Origin: a virus
Taxonomy: Duplodnaviria; Caudoviricetes
Strand: one strand, 5' to 3'
DNA length: 64,000 nucleotides
Virus record (IMG/VR): IMGVR_UViG_3300011116_001227
The notes under the pieces are model-generated. The model was given only the letters and a program-made list of their open reading frames with translations, was not told the origin of the DNA and did no database searches. The translations under genes and the position numbers were made by a program. Shown piece by piece: positions 8,687 to 18,272 of the stretch. Numbering within the stretch: position 1 is the first letter of the stretch; each line of letters begins with the position of its first letter.

Positions 8687-9411
8687 TTTAGCACCAAGCT
8701 AATTGCTTCAGATTTTTTAAATCTCTCTTCAATTACAGTCCAGTTAAATTCTTTCATCTGAGACATCATGTAAGACTTTTTATCTGTCAAGTAATCTCTA
8801 AAGTAGGAATGCTCCCACATGTCAACAACAATCACTGGAAAAAGACCTACCATAACATCGCCACTATGATGACTAATAACAGTATTGACATATCGCTTTA
8901 GAAACATGTTAAAGCCTGTCACTACCCAACCATTTCCTGCGCTAAGTCCTGCTGCAATGAAATCTCGCTGCCAGTCTTCAAACGTTCCAAAGTCTCTTTG
9001 TAGTCTTAAAAAAGACAATGAATCCATTACAATCTCTGAGTGCGGGTCAAAGCAATTAGAAAAATAAAGCTCATGAAGCCATGTTCCATTTAGATTGTAA
9101 GTCTCGTCTAACTTGAGGGAACGATAATCAGAATGTCTTGAATTGGCTGCAGATCTGTCGACAGAATCAAGTTTTGTTGATGACTTATTGAAGGAATCAA
9201 TATATCCTTTGTAAAGCTCAACATGAGCCATCTTTGCTTTCTCTGATAGAAATTCTGTTACTTGCTTGAACTGCTTTGGCTCATGAACATAAGCCTCTTC
9301 TAACAAGTCAGACTCGGCAACAATATCTTTAGACTGTGTTTTTAAAGAATCTTTGATTATGCTTTTAACATCTACACCAAAGATGTTGTTGTCTTTTTTA
9401 GTCGCGGACAT
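8683..9411 (-). CDS. Fe/Mn superoxide dismutase family protein with N-terminal extension
   Basis: All four metal ligands seen: AHVELY (His), LHELYF (His), VDMWEH (Asp, His); FGTFEDW and GNGWV motifs; ATG at 9411 preferred. Confidence 0.85.
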   Translation of the reverse strand: MSATKKDNNIFGVDVKSIIKDSLKTQSKDIVAESDLLEEAYVHEPKQFKQVTEFLSEKAKMAHVELYKGYIDSFNKSSTKLDSVDRSAANSRHSDYRSLKLDETYNLNGTWLHELYFSNCFDPHSEIVMDSLSFLRLQRDFGTFEDWQRDFIAAGLSAGNGWVVTGFNMFLKRYVNTVISHHSGDVMVGLFPVIVVDMWEHSYFRDYLTDKKSYMMSQMKEFNWTVIEERFKKSEAISLVLK

Positions 9412-9751
9412 AATTTTTCTCCAATTCGTCTTTTGAAACAAAGAAATCATTCGAACCGTCAGGATTACCATCGGGCGGCCTTAGGTCTACACCTCGAATA
9501 CTCACAGCAGTGACTGTATAAAGAACGCCACCCTGATCTTTATAGGTGTTAATTTCGTCCTTATCTTTGTCGTCCCTGACTTTACTTTTGATCTTTAAGC
9601 CTGGATCAAGCACAGATTTGTTCTTGCCGTCGACTTTGGTGTTGAAAGCAAGATCAACCTTTTCAGCAAGGGCAGATAATTTAGAATTCCACTCTTCCCG
9701 AATTAGTTTGATGAAGTCATTATCGTTTTTCTTCATTACGCAATTTCTCAA
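9398..9751 (-). CDS. Hypothetical protein (FIKLIREEW leader)
   Basis: 117-aa ORF overlapping neighbours. Confidence 0.55.
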   Translation of the reverse strand: MRNCVMKKNDNDFIKLIREEWNSKLSALAEKVDLAFNTKVDGKNKSVLDPGLKIKSKVRDDKDKDEINTYKDQGGVLYTVTAVSIRGVDLRPPDGNPDGSNDFFVSKDELEKNYVRD

Positions 9752-10194
9752 TCTGTAAGTATCAAGTCATTCAATCTAGTTACTTCTATCCCAGAATTTC
9801 TAAGTATCTTTAAACCTGACATGTCTCGATACTCAAAATCGTAAATTACGCTAGAAATATCAGCATTTACAATTAGTTTTGCACAAGAAACGCATGGGGC
9901 ATGCGTCAAGTACATAATTTTCTTTCTATTAAAATTATAATTACACTTTATTAAAGCATTAACTTCAGCATGAATCATGCCACTTTGCCCCGGCTGATCA
10001 CTTTCTGCTTCGTTTGGACCTCCTCTATAATTTCCGTTATAACCAAGAGACAAAAGACGAGTGTTGTCATCAGATACAACAATTGCGCCTACTTTTAGTC
10101 TGGGATCATAAGAACGCTCTGAAATATTCCAGGCAATCTTCATCCAGACCTGCGGCCAGGGTGGTCTTTTCATATTACTTTTCGCGTGTATCAA
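9748..10194 (-). CDS. dCMP deaminase
   Basis: HAEVNAL and PCVSC zinc-binding motifs, KVGAIVV, GYNG. Confidence 0.9.
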   Translation of the reverse strand: MIHAKSNMKRPPWPQVWMKIAWNISERSYDPRLKVGAIVVSDDNTRLLSLGYNGNYRGGPNEAESDQPGQSGMIHAEVNALIKCNYNFNRKKIMYLTHAPCVSCAKLIVNADISSVIYDFEYRDMSGLKILRNSGIEVTRLNDLILTD

Positions 10195-10741
10195 TTAGAG
10201 GATGACACTTTAGACACCGAGGTTCATATAACTCTGCACCACCCACCTCGATCTCGTCTCCACCGACCTGTTTCTTGTATGTGTAATAAGCATCTCTATT
10301 ACAAACTACACAAACTGCGCTGAGTTTTTCAACTTTAGTTGCCCAAGGAAGCATCTTCTCGACTTCAGAAAAAACCAATCCCGTAGATGAAAGCTCAAGA
10401 GAAGAAACAACGACTGAGTAGCCATTTCTATACAGCCATATCAATGTTTCTGCAATGTTTGGAATCATAAATGCTTCATCAACAGCAACAACGTGAGGAT
10501 TTTCGTTGAGCGTTGCCAAATGTTGAATAACATCTGCACCTGATTTTACACACACAGCTGACATTTTTGATCCTCCGTGCGTGATGACTTCAGTCTCGCT
10601 GTAACGATCATCAATTTCTGGTTTGTACAATACAATTCGCTTATGCTGATACTTGTATCTTTCAAGCGAAGAAAGCAATCTTGATGTCTTTGAAGAGAAC
10701 ATCGGACCCGTATAAACAATAAATTCAGGTATATACATCAC
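10175..10741 (-). CDS. tdk: Thymidine kinase
   Basis: GPMFSSKT P-loop, VDEAF, C-terminal CxxC...CxxC lasso with GGAELYEPRC. Confidence 0.9.
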   Translation of the reverse strand: MMYIPEFIVYTGPMFSSKTSRLLSSLERYKYQHKRIVLYKPEIDDRYSETEVITHGGSKMSAVCVKSGADVIQHLATLNENPHVVAVDEAFMIPNIAETLIWLYRNGYSVVVSSLELSSTGLVFSEVEKMLPWATKVEKLSAVCVVCNRDAYYTYKKQVGGDEIEVGGAELYEPRCLKCHPLIDTREK

Positions 10742-10747
10742 TTTACC

Positions 10748-11710
10748 TCACTGCATCTTCTGCAACCAATCCCAATTGTCTTCATACCACTTTATTGTTT
10801 TATCTAGACCTTCCCAGACTTTTACTCTTGGATCATAACCTATCAATTCTTTGGCTTTTGTAATATCAGCCTTCGTGTTCTTGACGTCACCGATTCTCCA
10901 AGGCGCGTTATGAGAAATTGCTTTTGGATATTTTGACTTCAAGTAATTAAGAATCTGTAAATTTGTAACAACTTCGCCGACACCAACATTAATAATCTCA
11001 GCTTTGAGATCTTCTTTACAGAGCGCTGATTTAATAAGTGCATCGACAACATTATCAACATAACACATGTCTCTGGATTGCGATCCATCACCGTCAGAAC
11101 GCATTGACTTATTAGACTTTATTGCAGTCAACCAGGCACTGACTGCGGTCGAGTAAGGAGAAGTTCCTAATTGATTCGGACCAAATACGTTGAAGAATCT
11201 TAAGCATACAGAATCGAGACCGTACAGAGAATAAAACAGCTTTAGATAATTCTCAATTATCGCTTTTTGAAGTGCATAAGGAGATTGCGGATTATTGATC
11301 GCAGTCTCTGGTGTAGGAAGTATGTCTGTATTGCCGTAAGAAGATGAAGATGCAGCAAAAACAAATCTTTTGACTGTGCCTTTTGTTTTACATGCATTTA
11401 ATAACATGAGTGTCTTTGACACATTTGTATCATTTGTTTCTACAGGATGTTCTACAGAATAAGTCACTCTTGGATTTGCTGCCAGATGAAAAACATATTC
11501 GTATGCTCCTTCACTAATTCTCTTTAAGACTTCGGGCGATGCAAAATCTTCAACCCACAAGCGCTCTGACCTGAGGTCTACATGCAAAAATTGAGCATTA
11601 CCATTTGAGAGATCATCTACGACGTCGACATGCCACCCTCTCGCATGAAGTGCATTCGAAAGATTACTTCCAATAAAACCTGCGCCACCTGTAACAAGAA
11701 CTTTAGTCAT
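10748..11710 (-). CDS. NAD-dependent epimerase/dehydratase (extended SDR) 1
   Basis: VLVTGGAGFIG, ASSSSYG, YALQK (YxxxK), LRFFNVFGP; ATG at 11710 with GGAG SD. Confidence 0.9.
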   Translation of the reverse strand: MTKVLVTGGAGFIGSNLSNALHARGWHVDVVDDLSNGNAQFLHVDLRSERLWVEDFASPEVLKRISEGAYEYVFHLAANPRVTYSVEHPVETNDTNVSKTLMLLNACKTKGTVKRFVFAASSSSYGNTDILPTPETAINNPQSPYALQKAIIENYLKLFYSLYGLDSVCLRFFNVFGPNQLGTSPYSTAVSAWLTAIKSNKSMRSDGDGSQSRDMCYVDNVVDALIKSALCKEDLKAEIINVGVGEVVTNLQILNYLKSKYPKAISHNAPWRIGDVKNTKADITKAKELIGYDPRVKVWEGLDKTIKWYEDNWDWLQKMQ

Positions 11711-11731
11711 TCTCGACTCTCCAATTTCGCA

Positions 11732-11760
11732 ATTATAACACTCGTAAAAAATGCGTATAA
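11732..11760 (-). promoter_or_regulatory. sigma70-like promoter
   Basis: TTATAC-N17-TATAAT with TG extended -10, upstream of 11710. Confidence 0.55.
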
Positions 11761-11762
11761 GA

Positions 11763-12758
11763 TCAAGTCTTCTTCCAAAAAGAATACATGTTCTTCTCAA
11801 TCTCGTAATTCATGAGCTTGACTTCTCTCTTTGGCTGAGTCTTAGCCCATGTTATCATCTTATCGACGAGCTGCTCGAAATTTGTGTCGTCCTTAAAGTC
11901 TAGTTCTCTCTTTGCCTTAGAGTGATCACAATAAGCAATCTTCACTTCATCACGTGGCTCAAGATGAACAATCTTAACATCCAATCCGTGACGCTTAGCA
12001 ACAAGCTGAAAACGCTGAGCAGCTTCGAGGATAGAAACATGACTATCAGCACCAATATTGTAAATTTCGCCATCACCCATCACCATCAATTTTTCAAAAG
12101 GCTCCATGTAAAAATCGACATCAGAGAAAGATCTCATCTGCAAACCATCTCCGAAGATAGTCAGAGGTTGTCCAGATAAACTTTGTCTAATCCAGATGCC
12201 AATTACATTCCTGTATTTATCCCAAATATTCTGGTAAACCCCGAATACATTGTGCGGTCTTACAATGCTGTAATTCAAACCAAAAAATCTATTTGCTGCT
12301 ACTAGATCCTGCTCCACAGTATATTTCGCAATACCGTACGGATCTTCAGGCAATTGTCTTTGAGTCTCTACGAAAGGCGGTGTCTGTGTGCCGTACACGT
12401 CCATCGAACTTGCAAAAATCATCTTTTTAACACTGTTGTTTATGCAAGAATTAATCACGTTTGCAGATGCAACGACATTATTTAAATAGTTGTGATTTCT
12501 GATAAACGGACTTAATCCAACAGCTGCATAAGCAGCAAAGTGATAAACAAAATCAGGTTTCTCTGTCTGCATCATGTAATTAGTCAGTCGAAGATCTGTT
12601 AAATTACATTCATAGATCTGAACTGACTGGTGAACTAAATCTCTATAACCTCCACTAAAATCGTCGATTCCAATTACCTTGTGACCCTTTTTTATAAAGT
12701 GTCTCGACAAATGGTTTCCAAGTAAACCTGCAACGCCAGTGATAAGAATTTTTGACAT
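11763..12758 (-). CDS. NAD-dependent epimerase/dehydratase (extended SDR) 2
   Basis: ILITGVAGLLG, ASSMDVYG, YGIAK, RPHNVFG. Confidence 0.9.
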   Translation of the reverse strand: MSKILITGVAGLLGNHLSRHFIKKGHKVIGIDDFSGGYRDLVHQSVQIYECNLTDLRLTNYMMQTEKPDFVYHFAAYAAVGLSPFIRNHNYLNNVVASANVINSCINNSVKKMIFASSMDVYGTQTPPFVETQRQLPEDPYGIAKYTVEQDLVAANRFFGLNYSIVRPHNVFGVYQNIWDKYRNVIGIWIRQSLSGQPLTIFGDGLQMRSFSDVDFYMEPFEKLMVMGDGEIYNIGADSHVSILEAAQRFQLVAKRHGLDVKIVHLEPRDEVKIAYCDHSKAKRELDFKDDTNFEQLVDKMITWAKTQPKREVKLMNYEIEKNMYSFWKKT

Positions 12759-12781
12759 ATAAGATCAATTATAACATTCTA

Positions 12782-13693
12782 TCAAATAACGTCTTGTCTG
12801 ACATGTGCGCTATTTAAATTGACGACAAGCGAAATACTCTTTGCTGGCCATAGAAATTTTTTCGTAATAAAAGCAGCAAGATGTGCAAGAAATCTTGTGT
12901 CAATAGACCCGTTTTTTCGAACGTCCGTGCTTCTAAGTGTACAAACAACACTGACATTTTCATTACGGGGAAGAAAATGAATAGAAGAGATACAAGAATT
13001 ACTTGAATAATAAAAACGTCTGGACGAAAGGTCTTGAGGCAAGTTGTAAGGATTTTTACCTTCTAACTCGTTCTCTATGATTTCACAGCATTCTTTCATA
13101 ATACTGCTGTAATATTCACATTCATGTTTATTAAGCATGATCTCATCGTCGCTATAAGAAGGATCGATTGACATCTTGAATTTTAGCTGCTCCTCGTAAG
13201 AAAATAGACCAGACACCCAAGATGATGTCATGTTACCTACTTCTCCAGGCAAAGAATTCTCTTGTGATTTTAAACGATTTGCAACATAATCAGCTAGTTG
13301 ATCCGCAGATTCTGAATTTCTAATCACAAGAACATTCGGCATGTATTGCAGTTTAGATACTTCTTCATCAAATATTTGTCTTAACTTTACAACAGATGCA
13401 GCATCTTGAAATTCATCTCCTCGAGATGATAAACGATCGAGTAAAACATCTTCGGGCGGAATCAAGACGACAAAAAAGTTGTTGAGATCTGATAATTCTT
13501 CTCTCAAAAATTGTCTTTGCTTCTCTACGTCACGACCGTACTGTCTTGCATAACAAAGCATTGAAAGACAGGAACGATCTTGAATGTTGTAACTAAAATT
13601 TGTCGCTTTGTGAAGCTTGCTAATAAAAGTTGTTTTACCTGCTAGATCGGGACCTTCAACTAGCAGATAACGAATTGGAAGTTGTGTCTTCAT
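12782..13693 (-). CDS. dNMP kinase fused to truncated thymidylate-synthase-superfamily domain
   Basis: N-term EGPDLAGKTT P-loop and QDRS; C-term SRR, catalytic Cys (SCISSIHF) 20 aa before RSTD, Asp at the E. coli N177 position, and SAH. Confidence 0.7.
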   Translation of the reverse strand: MKTQLPIRYLLVEGPDLAGKTTFISKLHKATNFSYNIQDRSCLSMLCYARQYGRDVEKQRQFLREELSDLNNFFVVLIPPEDVLLDRLSSRGDEFQDAASVVKLRQIFDEEVSKLQYMPNVLVIRNSESADQLADYVANRLKSQENSLPGEVGNMTSSWVSGLFSYEEQLKFKMSIDPSYSDDEIMLNKHECEYYSSIMKECCEIIENELEGKNPYNLPQDLSSRRFYYSSNSCISSIHFLPRNENVSVVCTLRSTDVRKNGSIDTRFLAHLAAFITKKFLWPAKSISLVVNLNSAHVRQDVI

Positions 13694-13697
13694 AATC

Positions 13698-14174
13698 TTA
13701 AGAACGTAAGATCAATCTTACCAAGCTACGTACAAGATTTTCAAATTTCATCTGTTCGTAACCTTTATTTAAGGTAACAAGATAATCTTTTGAAACTTCT
13801 GACTTCTTTGGGTCGATACTAACATAAGCATAAGCTTCGTAACATCTTCCTTCGCAGTTCACAGTCACTCTAATTTTTTTATAATCTTGTTCAGCTGTTC
13901 TCTTATCAGCGTCTTCGAAACAATCTAAAGATTTTTCTTGTATTGGAGTTGTCTCATATAAGACGCCCTTCACAAAATGTCCTGGTGATTTAATTGCTGT
14001 TGCTCCGTGCCACGTCTTAGAATATCCCGTAAATCCAAGATTAAAGTTAGGCAATACAGCATTTCCGATTTTTTTTAAGTTTAAATCTGTAAAACCACAA
14101 GGAGGACCGGACTTCGCTCTCTTGTGAAGCAAGTCTTGGTCCATGTTGGCGCCATAAGCAAAGTAGAAAGACAT
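13698..14174 (-). CDS. Gamma-glutamylcyclotransferase (GGCT/AIG2-like) family protein
   Basis: YFAYGANM signature, VKGVLY, LDCFE. Confidence 0.8.
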   Translation of the reverse strand: MSFYFAYGANMDQDLLHKRAKSGPPCGFTDLNLKKIGNAVLPNFNLGFTGYSKTWHGATAIKSPGHFVKGVLYETTPIQEKSLDCFEDADKRTAEQDYKKIRVTVNCEGRCYEAYAYVSIDPKKSEVSKDYLVTLNKGYEQMKFENLVRSLVRLILRS

Positions 14175-14192
14175 ATTACGGGTAATTGTGAC

Positions 14193-17100
14193 TTATTCGA
14201 CTAAAGCTCTCATTTTATACACTGATGTAGAAAAACCCCAATTTGCATCGTTTGATGCTTGAGCTAACCACAATGTGTAAGGTTTGATTTCTTCTTTTGG
14301 TGTGCCCCATGCACGCAACCAAGCAGTCCTATGTTCATCATCGACGGCTTTAATTCGATAGAAGATCTTTCCATTTTTAGTCTTCTTCACCTGCACTTCT
14401 GCAGCGCAGAACCAACCAATACCTTCTGTCCCTGGTTCAATATCATGAAGTTTTGGAACTTGTTTTTCTGCAATCTTGGACATAACTGCAGGTGGAAACA
14501 AGAGATCTGAATCTACAGACTGTGTCAATTCTTGACACATCAGAATCTTTTCTTCACGCGACCAATCCTCAATTTCAGCAAGAGAAGCTAACGTCACATC
14601 AAGGAAAGCTTCAATCTTCTCACCAGCTTTAGCTTTCTTCTTGAGTTGTGATGCTGTCAATCCGTAAAGGCCTCTACGAAGCATCTCGTAATTTTTGTCA
14701 TCTGTTAATGCCAACAAAAGTTGCTTGTGATTATTAATTTTTCCGACGCTAAAATCTTCGAGCGATGACAATGCATCGATCTTGCAGAGTGCTGACAGAG
14801 CTGTCTTATTCATCTTGCTGTGGCGCCAATTACCTTCATTATCATACAACATCTCCTGGAGATTTTTGTAAGGACGAAGTTGCATGATCTCTTCGACTGC
14901 AGTCGAACCAATGCCCTTGACCGAGCTGAGGGGCGGAACGAAAGCGGCTGCTTCTTCAGAATACTGCCACTCTTTTCCTGAGTAGTTCACATCGATCTTA
15001 GAGAAACTGTAACCGAGCGCTTTGATCTCGGAGATAGTCTTAGCAAGACCTTTTGGATTTGTGTTCTCAGACTGCAGCGCCGTCGCGAGCCATTCTTTCT
15101 CGTAGTGGGTGTGGAGCCACGCAGCGTAGTAGGAGTCGATCGCATATGCTAAACTATGGGATTTATTGAAGCAATAGACTGACATGTTGTCAATTGTCTG
15201 CCAGAGCGGCTCTGTTACTTCAGGACCGACGCCGTGAATGCGCTGTGCACCTTCGATAAACTTCTGTTTCGCGATCTCTTTTTCGGACGTCTTCTTGTCC
15301 AAAGTGTCAAGAGACTTCTTGACAAGCGTCTTGCGTAGCTGATCTGCTTCACCCGGTGTGAAGCCTCCAAGCTTCTCAGCGAGTAACATAAATTGTTCCT
15401 GGTACACTACGAAATTCCTCGTCGGCCCTAGCACCTGTTCGATGATAGGGTGTGGATAATCGATGTGTTCTTTCTTCCTTGCCTCGACGAAAAGGTTGTG
15501 GACATTAGCTTTAAGTGGGCCAGGTCGATAGATCGCAGTGATGGCAGTCAAGTCTTCGATTTTCGTTGGCTTCACTGCTTTGCAGAACTTCCTCGCTCCC
15601 TCTGCTGTCATCTGAAACACAGAGACGAATGCTCCATCTTGGTAGACGTGCTTCCAGACAACAGGATCGTCCTGCTTCACATAACGACAGTTGAGGTGTT
15701 TGTCAAAGAATTCCCTAACGTCCAAGAAAGTAGGATTCGGATTGCCTTGCTTCACGAGGATCCGGCTGATGCAATTCTCCACGTCCTTGAGGAGAGTGAG
15801 ACCCAGGAAGTCGAACTTCAGGAAGCCGTTGTCCTCCAGGTTGCGGAAGTTCATGCCCTCCGTCCACGGTGTCTGAAGTTCACCTCGCACACCGATGATG
15901 GGCATATTCGCCGCGAGGTCGTCGGGATCGGCCAATAGAACGCCACCGGCGTGTCGACCCACCGATCGGTTCTGCATAAACAGGGTTTCGACGTGGGCAG
16001 CCACCTCTGGGTACTTCTCCATGAAGGCCGTGTACTTCGGCGAGTACTTCATGCAGTCCTCATGCTTCAGCACGAAGACCGACTTCTCCTGGTCCTCGTC
16101 TCGAGCCAGCGGCATCACCTCGTCCTGGAGAGGGCCGGTCATCTCGTTCACCTCCTCGAAGGGCACGCCGTAGATCTTGGCGATGTCCTTGACGAGGGAC
16201 TTGAGCTTCAGGGTGTTGAAGTTGGACACCGGGATCACGGCGTCATCGCCGAACAGAGTTCGTGCCGCATCGATAAGGACATCCCTGTCACCTGCGTCTG
16301 TATCGATATCCGGAAAGCTCACTCGGTGTCGTCCCAAAAATCTGCTCCAAAGCAAACCGTATGGTATCGGATCGATCTGCGTGATGCCTAACAGGAAGTT
16401 GACGAGCGATCCCGCACCACTCCCGCGGCCGCTTCCAAAGAGTGTCTTTTCCTTCGCAAGATTGAACACTTTATACATCGTAATGAAGTACGAAGCACAC
16501 TTCAAATACTTGATGTCACCGAGTTCGTATTTTGCTCTTTCCACATACGCAGGCTTGTCGTCTAAGCCTTCACGCTTCAGGCCCTCCATCACAAGCTCGG
16601 TAAGTTGCTTGAACGCAGATTTCTCAGGTGTGTCGACCTTCGGTAGCTTCGGTTTCGTGTCCACCCAGGTGTCTTCGCACTCGTTCCACGTGATGTCGTG
16701 GGTGCGTTCGATGGAGTCACGCACCAATTCTTCAGAACCCTTATAGAACTCGTACTGCTCGTAGGACCGCTTGTACTCATCCCACATCTGGGACGCGTTC
16801 TTTGGATATAGTTCGCACTTGAGGTCTTCGAACTTAGGCAGTGTTGCACCATCAAGTTTGGCACCCATCCAGCCGAGCTTCTTGTACAGCTCACGCGCTT
16901 GCCACTTTGAGGGATCTGGGTAGTGAGAATCACACGTGGAGACGAGCGGCACGCCTGTCTTCTTAGAAAGATCGATCAAGTACTTGTTGACTGTGTGTTG
17001 TTTCTCAAGCTTGTTGAACTGTAGCTCAAGATAAAAGTTTTTGTTGCCCACGGCGCTTTGGAATCTGTCAGTAAGATTCTCAAGATCTGTCATAATCTCG

Positions 17101-18227
17101 TCGTGCGGCTTATTCTGTGCTTCACCTAGAAGAATCTTGCCGCTGTAGATTCCGCCTAGACAGTTATGAACTACAACACCGTTCGCAAAGAAATTGTGGT
17201 TGTCTTCGACAGTAATATCGTAGACATCTTCTGTGTAGTCCAATTCTTCAACTTCGATCACGTCAACGAACTTGTAGGTTTCCATATTATTTTTCATCCA
17301 AGAAACAATCTTGACAGGCATGTTCTCCTTGAGCTCATCGGCACGAAGCCAGCCCTTGTCTGTCAAGACTTGATGGTCTGGTGTGAGTCTTACTTCTTTA
17401 CCATCAGCAGTCTTGAGCTTGACGATCTTTGCAGATGTCCTCGTCTTATCTCCCCACAAGACACGTTTGAACTGCAGTTCTTTGCTTTCTTCATTGAAGG
17501 AAAGAACTATGGGATTCTCCCCTGCCCTGTATCTCTCGATGACTCTTAGCAATGTCTCGGTACCCATGTCTGTTACAAGCTCAGCATCACCCGTAAGACA
17601 CGCCGTCGACCAGATGATGTCTGACCCGTATTTTTGGAGTAGCTCAAAGTCGATTCGAGGATAACGATAGAAGCCGTACTTGTAAGATGCCTTGACAAGT
17701 CTGAAGATGTTCGCAAGACCGTTCTGATTCTTAGCTACAGCAACAAGGTGATAGCGTCGTTGCCAGTCTCTGGATGACACGTCGACTGTCTTGGTTTCAT
17801 TCTCATCTTCAACGACGTGGCCGCCCTGTTCATCCTCTTCTTCGCCCGGATCGGCATCGATGTCTGTAGGAGTCTTGGCACGCTTCTCCATCTCAGCAGC
17901 AGTCTTTGCATCCTTAACGCTCTGCTTATGGGCTTCATAATCAATAGCCCACTGCTTCAGTGAGGGCACAAAGTAGAATTCCACACCGTAGAGCTGTCGA
18001 TACTTCTTGCCCTTCTTCTGTACCTTCAGAGCTGCAGATCGAGCATGTGCTAGACCGTTGCCATTACCATGATCTGTGAGTGCCCAGGCATCCATACCTT
18101 GTGACTCAGAGGTGACAAAGGCAATGTGATCGGCTGGATAGCCGAGTCCGTCGAAGGTGCTAAATCCGCTGTGGCCGTGGAAAGAAACAAATCTGTCAGG
18201 TGGGCGAATAAGATCTAATTTTGACAT
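14193..18227 (-). CDS. dnaE: DNA polymerase III alpha subunit (family C), intein-containing
   Basis: PHP domain (HGHSGFSTFDG, TDHG, DSHY), GRGSGAGSLV, PDIDTD, GRHAGGV, KFDFLGL, YRPGP, CFNKSH. Confidence 0.95.
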   Translation of the reverse strand: MSKLDLIRPPDRFVSFHGHSGFSTFDGLGYPADHIAFVTSESQGMDAWALTDHGNGNGLAHARSAALKVQKKGKKYRQLYGVEFYFVPSLKQWAIDYEAHKQSVKDAKTAAEMEKRAKTPTDIDADPGEEEDEQGGHVVEDENETKTVDVSSRDWQRRYHLVAVAKNQNGLANIFRLVKASYKYGFYRYPRIDFELLQKYGSDIIWSTACLTGDAELVTDMGTETLLRVIERYRAGENPIVLSFNEESKELQFKRVLWGDKTRTSAKIVKLKTADGKEVRLTPDHQVLTDKGWLRADELKENMPVKIVSWMKNNMETYKFVDVIEVEELDYTEDVYDITVEDNHNFFANGVVVHNCLGGIYSGKILLGEAQNKPHDEIMTDLENLTDRFQSAVGNKNFYLELQFNKLEKQHTVNKYLIDLSKKTGVPLVSTCDSHYPDPSKWQARELYKKLGWMGAKLDGATLPKFEDLKCELYPKNASQMWDEYKRSYEQYEFYKGSEELVRDSIERTHDITWNECEDTWVDTKPKLPKVDTPEKSAFKQLTELVMEGLKREGLDDKPAYVERAKYELGDIKYLKCASYFITMYKVFNLAKEKTLFGSGRGSGAGSLVNFLLGITQIDPIPYGLLWSRFLGRHRVSFPDIDTDAGDRDVLIDAARTLFGDDAVIPVSNFNTLKLKSLVKDIAKIYGVPFEEVNEMTGPLQDEVMPLARDEDQEKSVFVLKHEDCMKYSPKYTAFMEKYPEVAAHVETLFMQNRSVGRHAGGVLLADPDDLAANMPIIGVRGELQTPWTEGMNFRNLEDNGFLKFDFLGLTLLKDVENCISRILVKQGNPNPTFLDVREFFDKHLNCRYVKQDDPVVWKHVYQDGAFVSVFQMTAEGARKFCKAVKPTKIEDLTAITAIYRPGPLKANVHNLFVEARKKEHIDYPHPIIEQVLGPTRNFVVYQEQFMLLAEKLGGFTPGEADQLRKTLVKKSLDTLDKKTSEKEIAKQKFIEGAQRIHGVGPEVTEPLWQTIDNMSVYCFNKSHSLAYAIDSYYAAWLHTHYEKEWLATALQSENTNPKGLAKTISEIKALGYSFSKIDVNYSGKEWQYSEEAAAFVPPLSSVKGIGSTAVEEIMQLRPYKNLQEMLYDNEGNWRHSKMNKTALSALCKIDALSSLEDFSVGKINNHKQLLLALTDDKNYEMLRRGLYGLTASQLKKKAKAGEKIEAFLDVTLASLAEIEDWSREEKILMCQELTQSVDSDLLFPPAVMSKIAEKQVPKLHDIEPGTEGIGWFCAAEVQVKKTKNGKIFYRIKAVDDEHRTAWLRAWGTPKEEIKPYTLWLAQASNDANWGFSTSVYKMRALVE
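17163..17600 (-). mobile_element. Mini-intein (146 aa, no endonuclease) in DnaE PHP domain
   Basis: WSTA/CLTGDAELV ... LTPDHQVLT ... VYDITVEDNHNFFANGVVVHN/CLGG; removal restores the STACLGG PHP motif. Confidence 0.92.
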
Positions 18228-18272
18228 GAGTCTCTACTAGTAATTTACCACAAAAGTACGCGTCTTTACACG

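Noticed and set aside
15160-15185. Classical DnaE split-intein site (CFNKSH)
   Set aside because: The motif is present and uninterrupted; the intein is in the PHP domain instead
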